Positions 60,374 to 64,000 of a stretch of DNA of 64,000 bases are shown piece by piece. The position numbers were made by a program, and so were the translations under genes. The stretch is from Spirochaetota bacterium (lineage in GTDB: Bacteria > Spirochaetota > UBA4802 > JAFGDQ01): assembly GCA_043803405.1 (NCBI GenBank), contig JAZDKB010000019.1, positions 288,001 through 352,000 of the forward strand, in the 5' to 3' direction. Below the pieces are notes generated by a model, which searched no databases, was not told where the DNA came from, and saw only the letters and a list, made by a program, of their open reading frames with translations. Positions within the stretch are counted from its first letter, which is position 1. Every line of letters starts with the position of its first letter.

Positions 60374-62467
60374 CTAATTAAGCAATGATGGCATAGTAGG
60401 ATCAATCCACTGCTTGAGATAATCAATATATTCATGGCCGTACTTTGTATCAATAATCCATAGATTATAATATCTGTCTGTAACTATATAATTCAGGTTC
60501 AGATATTCAACAGGATAAACCATCACAGATATATTATTATAATAATACATTCTCCCAAGCACATTAATTGCGTTATTCAGATTTTCCCATGGAAGATCCA
60601 TATCAACAATAATGATCTTTATGCAATTCAATAATTCCGACATATTAATTCCAATGTCGGACCGGTCAATAATGAATACAGCTTTTAATTCATTATGTTC
60701 TTTTAATGAATATACATTGCATGACCTTGTTAACTGTATCTTTTTATATATTTTTTCAAGAGGTTCTTCGTTAAAGTCCATATCAGGCCTCAGGCTTTTT
60801 ACAAGAAGCCCTCCTCCTGATTGTTCCTGATAAAAGTTATCTAAAGTTTCATAATCCTCACTGTTAATTTCCTCAATTATAAATCCCTTATACAGGGACT
60901 CTGTATTTGAATGCATGGCACATGACAGATAAGCAAATGTATCCAGTGTAACTCTTCCCGGATTATTAGCTTCCTTGTAAACTCCGCCGAAAAAATGTTC
61001 TGAAAACCTGTTATCAGGTTGATAGAAAAACATTAAATAATCTATTTTGAATGCTGGAAGAATAAACATAATATCAAGATAATTTAAAACATGGTCTAGA
61101 ATATGGATTCCTGTCTTATTTGTATTTTCTGTTGATATGGCTGCTAGGTGCTGAACAAGCCATGATCTTTGATAAGCTCTAATTATGGAGCAATGTCCAA
61201 AAATTTTTCCGTTTTCCTGATATGTGATGTATGTGAATATTTCCCGGCCTTTCCGGTATAGCCTGTTGTATATATCCCTGATCTCGCTGCTGCGTGATTC
61301 AATTAATTTATATTTCCTGGGATAAATAAATTTTGATTTAAAGAAAAACTCCCATAAGGAATCAATATCCAGCTCAGGTGATAGGTTTATATGGGGATTA
61401 TCGGCATTGCAGACTATCGCAAAAAGCCGGTTAAATGCATCCATCTCCATATCAAGAATGGAAAATCCATATTTGATATTCTTTTCGTCCACACTCAGCT
61501 GGTATACAACAGAAGCAGTACATTTTAAATTAATACTCCCGTTGATTACAATGTATAGCTCTTTAATGAAAAGTCCCGGCATAAGGGGGGACTCATCAAT
61601 ACGCAACTGCATGGCAAATCCTGCGGATGATATATCCGTCACTTCAAGTTCCATTGTTTTATTCAATAAAGGATGATTAAAAATGATTTTCGGTGCAGGC
61701 ACAAGCTTAAGCCTGGGATTGCGGTTCTCTCTTTTTGTCCGATTCTTTAATGCGTTTTCCTGCGACAGGACAATAGAACAGTCATTCTGAAAAGCAGTCC
61801 TTTTATAACTGCAAAATCCTGAATAGACAATCTCCTCTCCGGTTATTTCTGCAGGCTCAGTGGATCGCAGCTCAACAAAAAACGGTTTGGCTGTATCCAA
61901 TTTGTCAAGTAAAGGCTGGAATTCTTCATCCGGTTTTATGAGGAAATCTGCGGAGCTGAATTCCTTTAAACTGCCGCATATCCTTATATTGTCCTGAATA
62001 ATTTCCGCATTGACATCATCAGTGGCAGGGTATCTCCTGCTTTTTCTTCTGTTCCAGACGTAGCCTTTTACCGGCAGTGCCGCAATTAGCTTATCTTCGG
62101 TAACATCGATAGTTTCAACAGGAACTACTATAATTGATTTGCCGTAATTAATAATAATATTCAGTAAAATATAATCGGCCGGATTATACTGTTCGTGTTT
62201 AATCCAGTGCGCCGTGAGATTCTCATCAACGCATGGCTCGGGAGATGCCATAACAGTAATGTTTTCTTTTGTTTCCGGGTTGTGAACATGTACCCGGATA
62301 GTGCTGCCGGCGAAGTGAATATGATTAATAAGATTGATAATTGCGGCTTTTTTAATTCTTTTTGCTGAAGTTAAAGATCCGGCCGGAGCTCCGCCAAAGC
62401 TTTCCTTCAGCTCCGAAACTTCCAGCTCTTTGGCAATAAGCCCGGTATTTGATAATGTAGCTTTCAT
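60374..62467 (-). CDS. Multi-PilZ domain protein with C-terminal GNAT-like region
   Basis: RKSRR and RENRNPR...DISSAGF PilZ motifs; C-terminal GHCSIIRAYQRSWLVQHLAA segment (GNAT-like assignment is inference). Confidence 0.75.
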   Translation of the reverse strand: MKATLSNTGLIAKELEVSELKESFGGAPAGSLTSAKRIKKAAIINLINHIHFAGSTIRVHVHNPETKENITVMASPEPCVDENLTAHWIKHEQYNPADYILLNIIINYGKSIIVVPVETIDVTEDKLIAALPVKGYVWNRRKSRRYPATDDVNAEIIQDNIRICGSLKEFSSADFLIKPDEEFQPLLDKLDTAKPFFVELRSTEPAEITGEEIVYSGFCSYKRTAFQNDCSIVLSQENALKNRTKRENRNPRLKLVPAPKIIFNHPLLNKTMELEVTDISSAGFAMQLRIDESPLMPGLFIKELYIVINGSINLKCTASVVYQLSVDEKNIKYGFSILDMEMDAFNRLFAIVCNADNPHINLSPELDIDSLWEFFFKSKFIYPRKYKLIESRSSEIRDIYNRLYRKGREIFTYITYQENGKIFGHCSIIRAYQRSWLVQHLAAISTENTNKTGIHILDHVLNYLDIMFILPAFKIDYLMFFYQPDNRFSEHFFGGVYKEANNPGRVTLDTFAYLSCAMHSNTESLYKGFIIEEINSEDYETLDNFYQEQSGGGLLVKSLRPDMDFNEEPLEKIYKKIQLTRSCNVYSLKEHNELKAVFIIDRSDIGINMSELLNCIKIIIVDMDLPWENLNNAINVLGRMYYYNNISVMVYPVEYLNLNYIVTDRYYNLWIIDTKYGHEYIDYLKQWIDPTMPSLLN

Positions 62468-62635
62468 CAGAGACCTCGATTACATAGAATGGAAAAAAGG
62501 AAAGCGACATAATAATATAGTAATTGTTTATATTAATAAAATAATGATAATAAAAATTGCAAGTATCTTTTTTAAATTTTTTCAGGTTTAAAACTTATAT
62601 GGCGATTTAACTAAAAGCAGCTTGGGATCAATTTT

Positions 62636-64000
62636 TTAAAAGCTTCCGCCTGCAAGGAGGGCAAATCCGCCGCTTCCGGGACCTTTGGACAGATCCCACG
62701 CGTAATTGATCTCGATATATGAATGCTTGAATTCTATTGAGCACCTTGCTCCGCCGCCTGTTCTGCTCTTCCATTCGAGCGTTTCATCCTGAAAGTAGCC
62801 TGTGTTCACAAAAGGCCCTGCGTAAATGAATTGCGGGATTATCTCATATTCAATGTCCATAGCTGCCGTGTTTTTCCATTTGGAGGCAGTATAGTCATCG
62901 AAGAATCCAAGCAGCCTTTTGTCGTAAACGTATTGCCAAAAGTAACGTTCATCCATTGTTGTATAATACGAATAGAGCAGGGGAGTGACCCTGAACCGCG
63001 TAACAGGAGTGAACGCGGTCTTTAATTCTCCGGACGAAATAACATATATCTTCTCGCTCAAATCGCTTTTACCCGAAGATGCGGTTAACTTAAGGCCGCT
63101 TGCGTCCTTTCTTGAAAGCAAAGTTGATTTATTGGAGATATTTATTTCCATGGTGATTCTTGTGTCGTAATCGCGGAATGTTTTTTCATCCGTCCTGTAA
63201 TCCTTTATGTCCGATATTATTTCATTCGCGTATAGATCAATAAATAAATATTTATATAATGCCCTGTATCCGAGAACCGGCGATAACGAACTTCTCCTGT
63301 AATCGGAGTCGCGGGATTCCCAGCGCTCAAGGAACGTGGCAATGTTCGTTCCGATATAGAAGCCGCGCGGATCATTGTCCGGAAAAAGAAAATATTTTAC
63401 ATCGAATTCCGCTCTCCTCAGTTTGCCTTCCCTGTAGCCAATCTTTGCGTAAAGATCGGCCGCTGTATCGATAAACGGGTAGTAATAACCGAGATACGGG
63501 GATATGCCGTAAACAGGTTCATAGCCCAGTCCCCCGTAGAAATTTCCTTTTTCTTTTTTATTGAGCTTTATGGACAGGAAGACGTCGCTTGTGTCTCCGT
63601 AATTGACAGGGTAAATCCGGACAGTATCCAGGCTGTAATTATACTTAACTGTTTCCGCTGTTTTTTCTATCTCAAACCTGTTATAGATACTCCCAATGAA
63701 CGGGTTAAATGTTTTTTCAACCTGATCCTTATTTTTGCCTTCGATGCCGCTGATGTTCAGCCCCAGTATCCTGGATTCCTTTACATGTATTTCCAGCACC
63801 CCGTCATCGCGCATCACCAGCTTTTCAACGTAGCTTGTAGTATAACCCTTTTCATGATATTCATCCGTCACTTTTACACCGATTGATTCAATATCTGTCT
63901 TTGATAACCCGCCTTTGATATTCGAAATATATTGCTTTATTTCAAGATCGATTGTGCTGCCAATGATCTCCGTGCGTTTAACCTCGATCGCAAAAAGATT
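62636..64000 (-). CDS. Outer membrane POTRA/beta-barrel protein (Omp85/TpsB-like), 5' end outside window
   Basis: Frame open to window end; YHEKGY POTRA-like motif, alternating aromatic strands, terminal Phe. Confidence 0.7.
   Translation of the reverse strand, partial: NLFAIEVKRTEIIGSTIDLEIKQYISNIKGGLSKTDIESIGVKVTDEYHEKGYTTSYVEKLVMRDDGVLEIHVKESRILGLNISGIEGKNKDQVEKTFNPFIGSIYNRFEIEKTAETVKYNYSLDTVRIYPVNYGDTSDVFLSIKLNKKEKGNFYGGLGYEPVYGISPYLGYYYPFIDTAADLYAKIGYREGKLRRAEFDVKYFLFPDNDPRGFYIGTNIATFLERWESRDSDYRRSSLSPVLGYRALYKYLFIDLYANEIISDIKDYRTDEKTFRDYDTRITMEINISNKSTLLSRKDASGLKLTASSGKSDLSEKIYVISSGELKTAFTPVTRFRVTPLLYSYYTTMDERYFWQYVYDKRLLGFFDDYTASKWKNTAAMDIEYEIIPQFIYAGPFVNTGYFQDETLEWKSRTGGGARCSIEFKHSYIEINYAWDLSKGPGSGGFALLAGGSF

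Overview
64 kb of AT-rich chromosome from a spirochaete; the FlaB sequences are Leptospira-like, and the gene content suggests an anaerobic environmental lineage. The first ~33 kb is mostly plus-strand housekeeping: carB(partial)-pyrR-queD-folE-prs-mtnA-rpiB-metK-apt, a flagellar filament cluster (two flaB, flaG, fliD), argH, mgtC, ispD, rfbA/rfbC, an acyl-CoA dehydrogenase, a Dus enzyme and an amgK-murU-sodium:solute symporter set. The remainder is accessory: PAS protein, PqiA-like protein, CZB chemoreceptor, CusABC-type metal efflux, PP2C, MuiA and lipoproteins. No rRNA, tRNA, CRISPR array, transposase or integrase was recognised. Most interesting: (1) a 9 kb locus of PilZ/GNAT-like protein, V4R-GAF hybrid kinase, B12 radical SAM enzyme and an enolase/Cys-hydrolase fusion that looks like an undescribed c-di-GMP-linked small-molecule synthesis and sensing system; (2) a 200 bp repeated element whose CsrB-like core is flipped relative to its arms between two copies; (3) rrn-type boxA motifs and highly structured GGA-rich leaders in front of both flagellin genes; (4) several families of small palindromic repeats. 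All calls are by eye, with no database searches.
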